NCBI GenBank assembly: GCA_036555105.1
Contig: DATBMA010000062.1
Location: forward strand, 7,063 to 71,062
DNA length: 64,000 nucleotides
Source: Acidimicrobiia bacterium
Lineage (GTDB): Bacteria; Actinomycetota; Acidimicrobiia; Spongiisociales; ZC4RG35
Direction: 5' to 3'
A program made the position numbers and the translations under genes. Positions 54,665 through 64,000 of this stretch are shown piece after piece (the stretch's first letter is position 1; each line of letters starts with the position of its first letter). The notes below the pieces were generated by a model. It did not search any database, was not told the origin of the DNA, and worked only from the letters and a program-made list of their open reading frames with translations.

Positions 54665-56169
54665 GACCAACCCGCGAGCGCAGCTCCGGGGTCCTTCTCC
54701 ACATAACTTCGCTGCCGGGCGACGAAGGGATCGGGACGCTGGGGGAGCCGGCCCTTCGCTTCGCCGACCAGCTGGCTCAAGCCGGTCAGAGCTGGTGGCA
54801 GATGCTCCCGGTCGGCCCCACCGGATACCAGGACTCGCCATACCAATCGACCTCGACATTTGCCGGGAACCCAATGCTCGTGTCGTTGCCGGGCCTGGTG
54901 GCCGATGGCCTGCTCGAGCCCGCTGAGATCGAAGGCGCTCTCACTCAGGGAGGGGACACGGTCGAGTTCGGGAGAGTGATCCCGGTCAAGCACGCTCTGC
55001 TCGAGCTGGCGGCGTCACGGTTCCTCCTCGGCGGCGCCGACCCCGAATACGCCGTGTTCCGGAAGACCTCGTGGCTGGCCGACTTTGCCCTGTTCGCGGC
55101 CCTGAAAGCCGAGCATCGCGGGGCTTCCTGGACGGACTGGGACGCCGGGCTGGGTGCCAGGCGAGAGCCCGACCTGCAGCGCGCCGGGCGGAGGCTGGCT
55201 GCCAAGGTCGAGCGACACGCGGCGATCCAATATCTCTTCGACCGCCAATGGTCGGAACTGGCTCAACGCTGTCGCAGCCTCGGCATCGGCCTGATCGGCG
55301 ACCTCCCGATCTATCTCGCTCTCGACTCCGCCGACATCTGGGCGCGGCCGGAACTGGTTCAACTCGGCAACGACTTCGCCCCCCGGGTTGTGGGCGGGGT
55401 GCCTCCCGATTACTACACCCGGTTCGGGCAGCTGTGGGGCAATCCCATCTATCGATGGGAGGAGATGGCCGCAGATGGCTTCACCTGGTGGGCCTCGAGG
55501 CTACGTCATGCCTGCGCGCGCTTCGACCTGGTCCGACTCGACCACTTTCGGGGCTTCGCCGCCTATTGGGAGGTGGCTCCCGACGCGCCCGACGCGGTCA
55601 ACGGGCGGTGGGTGCCTGGGCCGGGGCTTCGATTCTTCGAGGCGATGCGATCCTCCCTGGGCGGGCTGCCGCTCGTGGCGGAGGACCTGGGCTTCATGAC
55701 CGATGATGTCCACGAGCTGCGGGCCACGCTCGGGCTGCCGGGGATGCGAGTCGCACAGTTCGGGTTCGGACCGGAGCCGGGTGCCAAGCTCCATCACCCG
55801 GCCAATTACCCGGAGGATGTCGTCGCATATACCGCCACCCACGACAGCGACACCACGCAGGGCTGGTTCTGGAAGGCCAATCCTCGCCACGACCGTCGAC
55901 GCCTGCGGGGTGGGCCGCGGCGAATGACCCGTGAGCTCGGCATCGACGGGACCGAAGTGCACTGGGATCTGGCCGGCCTGGTCTGGGAGTCGGCGGCCGG
56001 GGTGGCGATGATGCCGGCTCAGGACCTGCTCGGCCTCGGGTCGGAGGCAAGGATGAACGTGCCCGGTGAGCCCCGTGGGAACTGGCGCTGGCGACTGGCC
56101 CGTCCGGTGACCGAGGTCACATGGCAGCGCATGCGGCAGCTGACGGTGGGGTCCGGCCGTGATCGATGA
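54661..56169 (+). CDS. malQ: 4-alpha-glucanotransferase (amylomaltase, GH77).
   Basis: The GTG start at 54661 overlaps the SIMPL stop as GTGA. It has the MalQ N-terminus SSGVLLHITSLPG...GIGTLG and conserved GH77 blocks. Confidence 0.85.
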   Translation: MRPTRERSSGVLLHITSLPGDEGIGTLGEPALRFADQLAQAGQSWWQMLPVGPTGYQDSPYQSTSTFAGNPMLVSLPGLVADGLLEPAEIEGALTQGGDTVEFGRVIPVKHALLELAASRFLLGGADPEYAVFRKTSWLADFALFAALKAEHRGASWTDWDAGLGARREPDLQRAGRRLAAKVERHAAIQYLFDRQWSELAQRCRSLGIGLIGDLPIYLALDSADIWARPELVQLGNDFAPRVVGGVPPDYYTRFGQLWGNPIYRWEEMAADGFTWWASRLRHACARFDLVRLDHFRGFAAYWEVAPDAPDAVNGRWVPGPGLRFFEAMRSSLGGLPLVAEDLGFMTDDVHELRATLGLPGMRVAQFGFGPEPGAKLHHPANYPEDVVAYTATHDSDTTQGWFWKANPRHDRRRLRGGPRRMTRELGIDGTEVHWDLAGLVWESAAGVAMMPAQDLLGLGSEARMNVPGEPRGNWRWRLARPVTEVTWQRMRQLTVGSGRDR

Positions 56170-58096
56170 CGTCGCCTGGCGCCAGCAGCCCGAGGAGGCC
56201 GCCCGCAGCGCCACCGGCCGGTTCATGGCGGTGCACGAGATCGAGACCTACGAAGAGCTGGTCTCGCGCTCCCGGGCCGATCCCGCATGGTTCTGGCCGG
56301 CCGCGCTGGACTTCCTGGGGATTCGATTCGACCCGCCTTTCTCCGGGGTGTGGGACCAGAGCCGGGGACTGCCCTGGACCACCTGGTTCACGGAAGGCGG
56401 GCTCAACCTCTCGACGGTGTGCGTCGACCGCTGGGCGGCCGCCCAGCCGGAACGCCCGGCATTGCTCTCGACCCGGGAGGACGGCAGCCGGACGACCCTC
56501 AGCTTCGGCGCGCTGCGGGCGGAGGTAGGTCGCTGGGCGTCAGCCCTCTCGGCACTCGGTGTCCGTAAAGGCGACGCAGTGGCCGGCTACCTGCCCATGT
56601 CCCCCCAGGCGGTCGTCCTCTTCCTGGCCGTTGCTCGGCTGGGGGCGGTATTCGTACCGATCTTCTCTGGGTTCGGGGCAGGGGCGGTGGCGGAGAGGCT
56701 CAGGCGACCACCGATCAAGGTGATCGTCACGGCCGACGGCTTCGTGCGCAGAGGACGGCTCAATCCGATGAAAGAGGTGGCATCGGAGGCGGTCGAGCTG
56801 GCCGGGACGGTCACCACGGTGGCAGTGGTCAGGTACTCGAAACCGGACGATATGGCGGTGTCGCCGGGCGAGGTGTCGATGGATGATCTGCTTTCCCAGG
56901 CGGGGGATGCGCCCGCGGCCGCCACTGGCTCGGAGGACCCGCTGCTGATCGCATACACATCCGGCACGACCGGCCGGCCCAAGGCGGCAGTGCACGTCCA
57001 TGGCGGGCTGACCGCCAAGCTGGCAGTGGAAGGGGCGTTCCAGTTCGACCTCGGCCAGGGGGACATCCTCATGTGGATGACCGACATGGGCTGGATCATG
57101 GGCCCGTGGACCGTTGTAGCCGGCCTGGCCAACGGCGCCGCCATCGCCACCTTCGACGGCGTCCCCGACCATCCGAGCCCTGGCAGGCTGTGGCAGCTGA
57201 CCCGCGACATGGGGGTGACGGTGCTGGGGGTCTCGCCGACGCTGATCCGCACCCTGCAGCCCCATGGCACCGCCCACGTCGGAGCCGACGACCTCGCGAC
57301 GGTGCGAGCCTTCGGCTCCACCGGGGAACCATGGAACCCCGACCCGTGGTGGTGGCTGTTTCGCGACGTCGGCCATGCCACCCGCCCGATCATCAACATT
57401 TCGGGTGGCACCGAGATCGGGGCATGCATCCTCTCGGCCCACCCCATGCAGGGGATCAAGCCGACCTCACTTGGCGGCCCTGCACTGGGAATGGATGCGG
57501 ATGTGGTCGGCCCCGACGGCCGGCCCGTACGAGGCGAGGTCGGGGAGCTGGTGGTGCGGCGGCCCTGGCCGGCGATGACCCGCGGCTTCTGGGATGAGCC
57601 CGAGCGCTATCTGGATGCCTACTGGCGGCGATTCGACGACGTGTGGGTTCATGGAGACTGGGCTTCGATCGATGCCGACGGCTTCTGGTATCTGCACGGT
57701 CGATCGGACGACACCCTCAACATCGCCGGTAAGCGGATCGGCCCTGCCGAGGTGGAGTCGGCGGCGGTGGCGCTGCCTGACGTGACGATGGCGGCCGCGG
57801 TCTCACTCCCCCACCCGACCAAGGGCGAGTCCATCGCGGTCTACGTGGTGGCAGGCACGGGGATCGAGCGAGGGCCGGAGCTGGCCGCGCGGGTGGCCGA
57901 CGCCGTCGCCGAGAGCCTCGGCCGCCCCTTCCGCCCTAGTCGAGTCGAGTTCGTCGAGGATCTTCCCAGGACCCGATCCGCCAAGATCATGCGGAGAGTC
58001 ATAAGGGCGCTGGCGCTGGGTCAGGACCCTGGCGACCTCACCAGCCTCGAGAACCCTGGCTCACTCGAGGGCTTCGCGACCCTGGACCTCGATTGA
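56159..58096 (+). CDS. AMP-forming acyl-CoA synthetase (acetate/propionate--CoA ligase family).
   Basis: It has an Acs-like N-terminal region (WFWPAALDFLGIRFDPPFSG...GGLNLSTVCVDRW), the AMP-binding YTSGTTGRPKA and a C-terminal RTRSAKIMRR. An alternative start is the ATG at 56225. Confidence 0.8.
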   Translation: MIDDVAWRQQPEEAARSATGRFMAVHEIETYEELVSRSRADPAWFWPAALDFLGIRFDPPFSGVWDQSRGLPWTTWFTEGGLNLSTVCVDRWAAAQPERPALLSTREDGSRTTLSFGALRAEVGRWASALSALGVRKGDAVAGYLPMSPQAVVLFLAVARLGAVFVPIFSGFGAGAVAERLRRPPIKVIVTADGFVRRGRLNPMKEVASEAVELAGTVTTVAVVRYSKPDDMAVSPGEVSMDDLLSQAGDAPAAATGSEDPLLIAYTSGTTGRPKAAVHVHGGLTAKLAVEGAFQFDLGQGDILMWMTDMGWIMGPWTVVAGLANGAAIATFDGVPDHPSPGRLWQLTRDMGVTVLGVSPTLIRTLQPHGTAHVGADDLATVRAFGSTGEPWNPDPWWWLFRDVGHATRPIINISGGTEIGACILSAHPMQGIKPTSLGGPALGMDADVVGPDGRPVRGEVGELVVRRPWPAMTRGFWDEPERYLDAYWRRFDDVWVHGDWASIDADGFWYLHGRSDDTLNIAGKRIGPAEVESAAVALPDVTMAAAVSLPHPTKGESIAVYVVAGTGIERGPELAARVADAVAESLGRPFRPSRVEFVEDLPRTRSAKIMRRVIRALALGQDPGDLTSLENPGSLEGFATLDLD

Positions 58097-58101
58097 GCCG
58101 G

Positions 58102-58899
58102 CTACTTGGGGGCCATGCGGATTCCGCCATCCATCCGGATCACCTCTCCATTCATGTAGGAGTGACCCAGGAGAAAGCAGGCAAGCTCCGCAAACTCCTC
58201 GGGACGCCCGAGGCGCTTCGGGAAGAGGACCTGCTCTCCCAACGAGAGCCGGGCCGGCTCCGGCATGGCAGCCAGCATGGGCGTGTCCATGATCCCGGGG
58301 GCGATGGTATTGACCCTCACTCCGATGGCGGACAGATCGCGTGCCAGGGGCAGCGTCATTCCTACGATTCCCCCTTTGGACGCCGAGTACGCCACTTGTC
58401 CGATCTGACCGTCGAACGCCGCCACCGAGGCGACGTTGACGACCGCCCCTCGCTCCCCATCCTCGCCGGGCTCGTTGGCAGCCATCACCTTCGCCACGTG
58501 CCTGGTGACGTCGAACACTCCGACCAGGTTGATCCTGACGGTCAGCTCGAAGAGGTCGAGAGGGTGAAGGTCGCCGCTGCGGCTCAGCAGGCGATGGGCT
58601 GGGCCGATTCCGGCCGCATTGACGAGGAAGCGAAGGGCTCCCAGCGCCCCGGCCGCCTGCCCGACAGCCTGCTCAACCTGTTCAGTCCGTGTGACATCTG
58701 CGGGCACGAACACGCAACCGGTTCCAAGCGACGCCGCCATCGCCTCCCCGCGCTCTCCCGGGAGATCGACGATCGCCACCGTGGCACCTGCGTCGACCAG
58801 CCTTCGGGCCGTTGCCGCGCCCAGCCCGGACGCGCCTCCCGTCACTACTCCTGCCGACCCCCGCAGTTGCAACGACACCTCCCGGCTAGGGCCGGGCAA
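58102..58899 (-). CDS. SDR-family 3-hydroxyacyl-CoA dehydrogenase (type II / HSD10-like).
   Basis: It has VVTGGASGLG and the catalytic YSASKGG. Confidence 0.8.
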   Translation of the reverse strand: MPGPSREVSLQLRGSAGVVTGGASGLGAATARRLVDAGATVAIVDLPGERGEAMAASLGTGCVFVPADVTRTEQVEQAVGQAAGALGALRFLVNAAGIGPAHRLLSRSGDLHPLDLFELTVRINLVGVFDVTRHVAKVMAANEPGEDGERGAVVNVASVAAFDGQIGQVAYSASKGGIVGMTLPLARDLSAIGVRVNTIAPGIMDTPMLAAMPEPARLSLGEQVLFPKRLGRPEEFAELACFLLGHSYMNGEVIRMDGGIRMAPK

Positions 58900-58913
58900 G
58901 CTACCACCGACCC

Positions 58914-59687
58914 ATGATCGGCGTATTCGACTCTGGGCTCGGCGGCTTGTCGGTGTTGCGCCACGTGCGCGCCCAATTGGCCGCTGCCGACCTCGTGTAC
59001 GTGGCCGATCGGGCCCACGCCCCCTACGGGGAGCGGAGCCTCGACTTCGTGCGCGAGCGAGCGGAGGCCATTACGAGCGGCCTGCTGGCGGCAGGCGCCG
59101 ATGTGATCGTGATCGCATGCAACACCGCCTCGGCCGCGGCCCTCAACCATCTCAGGCAGGTTCATCCAACGATTCCGTTCGTGGGAATGGAGCCTGCGGT
59201 GAAGCCGGCAGCTGCCAGCACCAGGTCGGGAGTTATAGGAGTCCTCGCCACCACTGCCACATTCCAGGGAGACCTATTTGCTTCCCTGATCGATCGCCAT
59301 GCCAACGGTGTGACGGTTCTCGAGCAGCCCTGTCCTGGATGGGCAGATCTGGTCGAGGCTGGCGTCCTCGATGGGCCCGAGGTGGAAGCCAAGGTCCGCC
59401 CGCCGGTGACCAGCCTGGTGCGACAAGGGGCGGACACGCTGGTCCTCGGGTGCACCCACTACCCCTTCCTGGCCCCCGCCGTGCAGCGGGTGGCGGGAAG
59501 CGGGGTGAGCCTGATCGACCCGGGTGGAGCGGTCGCCAAGCAGGCGGCGCGCACCGCAGATGGCATCGACGGGGCATCGGGCTCGGGGACCACTCGGGTC
59601 CTGGTGACCGGGGAGGTCACAGGGGTGGCGCAGCTGATCGATCAACTCATCGGGTGGCAGGCCGAGATCGAAGCGGTGGGATGGTGA
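58914..59687 (+). CDS. murI: Glutamate racemase.
   Basis: It begins MIGVFDSGLGGLSVL and has the two catalytic-Cys regions (ACNTAS; GCTHYP). Confidence 0.9.
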   Translation: MIGVFDSGLGGLSVLRHVRAQLAAADLVYVADRAHAPYGERSLDFVRERAEAITSGLLAAGADVIVIACNTASAAALNHLRQVHPTIPFVGMEPAVKPAAASTRSGVIGVLATTATFQGDLFASLIDRHANGVTVLEQPCPGWADLVEAGVLDGPEVEAKVRPPVTSLVRQGADTLVLGCTHYPFLAPAVQRVAGSGVSLIDPGGAVAKQAARTADGIDGASGSGTTRVLVTGEVTGVAQLIDQLIGWQAEIEAVGW

Positions 59688-60823
59688 GCGTGCCGGCAGA
59701 GCCAAGTCTGCGATCCGTCCTGGCCGCTCGGCCCGACCACTTCTGGTGCTCCCCAGGGTCGCTGGTAGCGGGCTGGGGCACCGCCGCCGTTTTCGATCCC
59801 GGCACCGGCCCACGGCGTTACACCCGCGCCGGGAGGTTTCTTCGGGACTGGTCGCAGGCCAACGGGCAAGCGTCGACCCCGGCTCTTGCCTCTTTCACAT
59901 TCGATCCTGATGTGGCCGGGTCGATCGTCATCGTCGCCCAGCAGACGGCAATGCGACGCGAAGGCCAGTGGTCCGTCTATTCGGCAAACGGCGCAGCTCA
60001 AGCTCCCCCCACTCCCCAATGGGACGCCCCCGGCGGCGACGACGAAGCCGTATTCATCCGCCGGGTCCAAGACGCGCTGTCGGCCATCTCGTCCGGAAGC
60101 CTCTCCAAGGTGGTCATGGCCAGATCGGTCGAGGTGCGGTTCGCCGATCCCCTCGACCGCCACGCCGTGCTGGCCTCGCTGACTTCGCGTTACCCACAGG
60201 GCCACACCTTCCTGCTCGAGGGGCTGATGGGCTCGTCGCCCGAGCTACTCGTGGAGCGGCGGGCCAGCCAGGTGCGTTCGGTGGCGCTGGCCGGGTCGGT
60301 CGCCATTGAAGCGGGCGGTGAGCGCCTCACCGCCTCCGCCAAGGAGGCGGAGGAGCACCGGCTCACGGCCGACTGGGTGGAGTCGAAGCTGCGAGCCGTT
60401 GCCCCCGGCATCACCCGGTCGGCAGTCGAGGTGGTCGAGTTCGGCCCTGCCCTCCACCTCGCCACCGCGTTCGTCGGGGACCTCGTTTCGCCGGTGGAGG
60501 TCATGGACCTGGTCGCCGCCTTGCACCCGACCCCGGCGGTGGCCGGAGTCCCGGCGGATGAGGCCATGGCGCTGATCCGACAAGCGGAGGGGGCCATGCG
60601 GGGAAGATACGGAGGGCCGATCGGCTGGTTCGACCCTGCCGGTGATGGAGAGTGGGCGATCGCCCTCCGATGCGCGTACCTCAACGGTGCCCACGCCAGG
60701 TTGCTGGCAGGAGCAGGCGTCGTGGCAGGGTCAGACCCGGAGGCCGAGCTGGCAGAGACCACCTACAAGCTCGAGACGATGCAGATGGCGCTCGCCGGGA
60801 CCGGAGTGGCGCCGCTCAGCTGA
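59681..60823 (+). CDS. menF: Isochorismate synthase (menaquinone-specific).
   Basis: The ATG at 59681 overlaps the murI stop. It has a chorismate-binding C-terminal domain (GRYGGPIGWFD...AIALRCA...AGAGVVAGSDPEAE). The upstream part of the track ORF 58619-60823 is antisense to murI. Confidence 0.8.
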   Translation: MVSVPAEPSLRSVLAARPDHFWCSPGSLVAGWGTAAVFDPGTGPRRYTRAGRFLRDWSQANGQASTPALASFTFDPDVAGSIVIVAQQTAMRREGQWSVYSANGAAQAPPTPQWDAPGGDDEAVFIRRVQDALSAISSGSLSKVVMARSVEVRFADPLDRHAVLASLTSRYPQGHTFLLEGLMGSSPELLVERRASQVRSVALAGSVAIEAGGERLTASAKEAEEHRLTADWVESKLRAVAPGITRSAVEVVEFGPALHLATAFVGDLVSPVEVMDLVAALHPTPAVAGVPADEAMALIRQAEGAMRGRYGGPIGWFDPAGDGEWAIALRCAYLNGAHARLLAGAGVVAGSDPEAELAETTYKLETMQMALAGTGVAPLS

Positions 60824-62492
60824 GGGCAGCCGTAACCGCCTTTTCGATTTGCTCATGGACCTCGACGTTCCTGATGCGGTCGCCCGGCACCTCGACCAGC
60901 CAACCGGTGCCTTCTGCCAGGGCCGACTCCACCATCGGGATGAGGTCCTCGGCCGATTCGATCCGCCCGAAGGCGAGGCCGTGAAGCTCGGCCACCTTCC
61001 CGAAGCGCCGGTGGTGGGGGGTGGCGAACAACTGCTCGAACCCGGGCAAGGCGGACTGAGGCAAGAAGTGGAAGAGGCCCCCCCCGTCGTTGTTGTTGAC
61101 GACGAACACAACCGGTGGCCGCGGCTCAACCAGCAGCCCGGCCTGGTCGTGCAGCATCGAGAGGTCCCCGGCCAGGGCAAGCACCGGCCCTCCCCGCCCC
61201 CAGCTAACTCCGAGAGCCGTGGAGACAAAGCCGTCGATTCCCGATGCGCCCCGGTTGGCCAGGATCTCCGGTCCACCCGCTTCCATCACCAGGTCGAGGT
61301 CGCGGACCGGCATCGAGGAGCTGACGACCAGAGGATGTTCGCCCGCGATGCGCGCCACATCGCGGGCGGTGCGCGGCTCGCTCGGCTCGCCGAGCGCGTC
61401 GAGGGCGGCGTCGAGTGCGGCCCTCGCCACCGCCTCCGCCTCGGCCCAGCCCTCGAGCCAGCGCCCGGAGGGACGGGGAGTGGGTATCTCAGGCAAAGCC
61501 GAGTGGACAGCCACGGCCGACCGGGAAGGGTCAGACCATGCCCAGGGATCGAAGACGAGGCGGGGAATGTCGCTGTTGGCCAGTGTTGCCACCCGGCGTG
61601 AGAGGCCAACCCGTCCCAGCTGGATGATCACCTCCGGGCGGTGGCTCTCGGCGAACACGTCATGCCCGAGCAGGTAATGAGCGGTGCTTATGGCTCCTTG
61701 CCCTCTTGCCCCGGAGTGGGGCTCCGCGATCAGCGGCCAGCCAAGGGCGGCGGCCATTGCGGCGGCGACGGCGCCCCCTTCGGCCCGGCAATCGCCTGCG
61801 AGGACCAATCCCCGGGCCGCCTGCCACCTCTCGGCGACGGTGACCCGCGGCATGGGGACGGGGGCGACCTCGCTCCAGGGCAAGCCGCCGGGGCGGCCAT
61901 CCACGCCGGACTCGAAAGGACCTGCCGAGCTGCGGCCGTCGTCGGCGACGGGCACGGTCGGCTCCCTGAACCCGAGATTGAGGTGAACCGGGCCGGGCCG
62001 CCTCCCCATGCCGCGAGCGGCGGCCACACCCTGGCACACCACCGACCGCCAGTACCCGTTCGAGGTCGGCAGGTCCTCAGCCGGGCCGACCTCGGCGAAG
62101 AAGCGCACGCGCTCGCCGTAGAGCTTGATCTGATCGATCACCTGGTTGGCTCCCGCCTGGCGCAGCTCGGGTGGGCGATCGGCGGTCAGAGCCAGCAAAG
62201 GAACACCGGCCGCGTCTGCCTCGACGATGGCCGGCAAGAGGTTGGCGGCGGCCGTGCCGGAGGTGGTGACAACGGCAGCCATGTCTCCGGCCAGCCCTGA
62301 CCCGAGGGCGAGGAACCCGGCCGAGCGCTCGTCGATCTCGGTGGCGAGCTCGATGCCGGGATGGCCGGCCAACGCGAGCGCGAGAGCGGCCGACCTCGAC
62401 CCTGGGGCGATGACGGCGCGCTTCACGCCGTTGCGCACCAGCTCGTCGACCATGACCATGGCTTCGGCAGTCGACGGGTTGGGGACAGTCAC
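60816..62492 (-). CDS. menD: SEPHCHC synthase (2-succinyl-5-enolpyruvyl-6-hydroxy-3-cyclohexene-1-carboxylate synthase).
   Basis: The start was set at GTG 62492, which overlaps the menC stop as GTGA (reading VTVPNPSTAEAMVMVDELVRNGV). It is a TPP enzyme with the MenD N-terminus. Confidence 0.85.
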   Translation of the reverse strand: MTVPNPSTAEAMVMVDELVRNGVKRAVIAPGSRSAALALALAGHPGIELATEIDERSAGFLALGSGLAGDMAAVVTTSGTAAANLLPAIVEADAAGVPLLALTADRPPELRQAGANQVIDQIKLYGERVRFFAEVGPAEDLPTSNGYWRSVVCQGVAAARGMGRRPGPVHLNLGFREPTVPVADDGRSSAGPFESGVDGRPGGLPWSEVAPVPMPRVTVAERWQAARGLVLAGDCRAEGGAVAAAMAAALGWPLIAEPHSGARGQGAISTAHYLLGHDVFAESHRPEVIIQLGRVGLSRRVATLANSDIPRLVFDPWAWSDPSRSAVAVHSALPEIPTPRPSGRWLEGWAEAEAVARAALDAALDALGEPSEPRTARDVARIAGEHPLVVSSSMPVRDLDLVMEAGGPEILANRGASGIDGFVSTALGVSWGRGGPVLALAGDLSMLHDQAGLLVEPRPPVVFVVNNNDGGGLFHFLPQSALPGFEQLFATPHHRRFGKVAELHGLAFGRIESAEDLIPMVESALAEGTGWLVEVPGDRIRNVEVHEQIEKAVTAALS

Positions 62493-63451
62493 GTCAGCAC
62501 CTCGGCGGCCCAGCGCAGGCGGCGGAGGAGCTCTGCCGCGGTCTCGCGGCCCGCGGCCCAACGTTCCAAGAGGCCGGGGTCGGGGCTCGGTCGCCGCACT
62601 TCCATCCAGCCATCCTCCGCCAGCATCGGCTCGGTGACGACGTCTCCCTCGAGGAGGGCAACGGTCCCCAATCCGCATGCGTAAGGAAGGTCGGGGAGGT
62701 TGGCTGCGGCAGCTACGCCTGCCGCAATCCCCACCGAGGTCTCCAGCGCCGAGGACACCACTACCGGCAGCCCCGACCGGTCAGCCAAGTCGAGCGCCCT
62801 CCTGACTCCGCCCAGCGGCTGCACCTTGATGACCATCACATCGGCCCCGCCTGCTTCGGCCACCTCCAATGGATCCACCGCCATGCGAATTGCCTCGTCT
62901 GCTGCGATCGGAACCTCCACACGCTGACGAAGGGCGACCATGTCTTCGAGCGACCCCACCGGCTGTTCAACGTATTCGAGGTCGTAGATGGAAAGCTTGA
63001 AGATCTGTTCAACGGCGGTCTCCAGGTCCCAGGCGGCGTTCACATCGATGCGCAGCCTGCCATCCGCGCCTAGGGCACCACGAACTGCGGCCACCCTTGC
63101 TTCGTCTTCCCCGGGGTCCTGACCGGGCTCCGCCACCTTCACTTTGGCAGTCGTGCAGCCGGAGCTCGCGACGAGCTCGGCCGCAATCTCGGGCGCCACC
63201 GCCGGCACGGTCACGTTCACGGGGATGCGCCGCCGGCGGGGCTCTGGGAGGGGCACACAGGCCGATTCGAGTGCCGACGCCAACCAACGGGTCGTCACCT
63301 CGGGTGGGTAATCGGGGAACGGCGAGAATTCACCCCAGCCGGCCGGCCCTCGCATCAGGACAGCGTCTCGCACCGTCACTCTGCGGAAACGATGCCTCAT
63401 GGGAATGCTCACCGGATACAACTCGAGCTGCTCGAGCAGAGAGGCGCTCAT
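62489..63451 (-). CDS. menC: o-Succinylbenzoate synthase (enolase superfamily).
   Basis: The start was set at ATG 63451 (reading MSASLLEQLELYPVSIPMRHRF). It has the enolase-superfamily metal ligands (IDVNAAW...EQP...AADE). Confidence 0.8.
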   Translation of the reverse strand: MSASLLEQLELYPVSIPMRHRFRRVTVRDAVLMRGPAGWGEFSPFPDYPPEVTTRWLASALESACVPLPEPRRRRIPVNVTVPAVAPEIAAELVASSGCTTAKVKVAEPGQDPGEDEARVAAVRGALGADGRLRIDVNAAWDLETAVEQIFKLSIYDLEYVEQPVGSLEDMVALRQRVEVPIAADEAIRMAVDPLEVAEAGGADVMVIKVQPLGGVRRALDLADRSGLPVVVSSALETSVGIAAGVAAAANLPDLPYACGLGTVALLEGDVVTEPMLAEDGWMEVRRPSPDPGLLERWAAGRETAAELLRRLRWAAEVLT

Positions 63452-63753
63452 CCCGCTTCCTTCTCGCGAATGTAGGCGACGACACGATCGACCTGCTCGG
63501 CGGTGAGGGTTCGCTCGAAGGAGGGCATCCGCCCCTCCCCGCGGGTGATCGTCAACACGAGGTAGGAGTCTGGCTTGTCGGCGACCTCGGAGCCCGGACC
63601 CAGAGGAGGGCCGACGCCACCCTCGAGGTCGGCACCATGACAGTGCGCACACAACTGGTCATAGATCTCTGCCCCTGATGCATCCGCCGGAGGCCGGCCG
63701 ACGCAAGCCGACAACATGCAGAAGACCATGCTGACGACGGCAACGCGCTTCAT
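63448..63753 (-). CDS. Small class-I c-type cytochrome with a lipoprotein-like signal.
   Basis: The start was set at ATG 63753 (reading MKRVAVVSMVFCMLSAC). It has the heme motif CAHCH and a distal Met (EGRMPSF). Its stop overlaps the menC start as ATGA. Confidence 0.7.
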   Translation of the reverse strand: MKRVAVVSMVFCMLSACVGRPPADASGAEIYDQLCAHCHGADLEGGVGPPLGPGSEVADKPDSYLVLTITRGEGRMPSFERTLTAEQVDRVVAYIREKEAG

Positions 63754-63784
63754 CGCAGTTGCGGCCACGCGGCGATGGTAAGCC

Positions 63785-64000
63785 TCAGGCCTCGTTTCGC
63801 TCGCCGAGCTTCTCAACCAGGCCCTTGACCATCTGTGAGTGCTGTCGCCCCACTACCAGAACCGCTTCGGGGGTCTCCACCACTACCACATCGTCGACTC
63901 CGGCCACCGACACCAGCCTCGAGGTCGAGCGCACGTATGAACCTGTGACCTCGTTGAGCAACACATCACCGAGCACGACGTTGCCATCTGCATCGTGTTG
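63785..64000 (-). CDS. Mannose-1-phosphate guanylyltransferase-like nucleotidyltransferase. Only the C-terminal end is in the window; the gene continues past the 3' edge.
   Basis: The C-terminal peptide SRLVSVAGVDDVVVVETPEAVLVVGRQHSQMVKGLVEKL resembles the end of the ManC nucleotidyltransferase domain ([26 protein letters not shown]...). It stops without a cupin domain. Confidence 0.5.
   Translation of the reverse strand, partial: QHDADGNVVLGDVLLNEVTGSYVRSTSRLVSVAGVDDVVVVETPEAVLVVGRQHSQMVKGLVEKLGERNEA

Noticed and set aside
56159-56225. The exact start of the AMP-forming CoA ligase (the GTG at 56159 that overlaps malQ, versus the ATG at 56225).
   Set aside because: The two cannot be told apart from the sequence alone. 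The longer form is reported, and the alternative is noted in the feature evidence.

Overview
This is a high-GC (about 70%) actinobacterial-type chromosomal window. It is densely coding on both strands, and I found no rRNA, tRNA, CRISPR array or obvious mobile element. I call about 50 genes. The main blocks are as follows. (i) 190-1809 holds a fatty-acid--CoA ligase, followed by an unusual 655-bp intergenic region with hairpin repeats. (ii) 2465-11573 is a DNA-repair block. It contains a stand-alone Cas4/RecB-like Fe-S nuclease and an overlapping AdnA/AdnB-like helicase-nuclease pair. Both units are preceded by a shared promoter-like motif, TTCTGTC[A/C]-N11-TANNNT, lying 6-8 nt before a GTG start; this resembles the mycobacterial RecA-independent/PafBC-type DNA-damage promoter with a leaderless start. 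(iii) 11566-22311 holds housekeeping genes (dtd, PlsB-like acyltransferase, AceE) interleaved with oddities: a B12-binding radical SAM protein with a C-terminal CCAEP tail, and an HD-GYP phosphodiesterase fused to a predicted extracellular Thr/Pro-rich and cadherin-like region. (iv) 22263-27168 is a minus-strand operon encoding a membrane protein, MogA, XdhC, CoxG and a lipoprotein that combines cupredoxin, NosD-like beta-helix and PLDc_N domains. (v) 27643-39720 is an eight-gene, translationally coupled minus-strand operon: GldG-like protein, ABC ATPase, ABC-2 permease, a membrane protein carrying about 38 GQ repeats, MoxR, DUF58, BatA-like VWA and a large VWA protein. (vi) 42749-53891 holds pfkA, a TolB-like lipoprotein, an S9 peptidase, thiamine pyrophosphokinase and a beta-oxidation operon (ACAD, double hot-dog dehydratase, SDR, FadD). 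(vii) 54041-64000 holds SIMPL, malQ, an AMP-forming CoA ligase, murI, menaquinone genes menF/menD/menC co-transcribed with a small c-type cytochrome, and a partial manC-like gene. Four-nucleotide stop/start overlaps (ATGA, GTGA, TTGA) recur at gene junctions and were used to refine start codons. Most of the other long six-frame ORFs in the supplied track are high-GC antisense artefacts.
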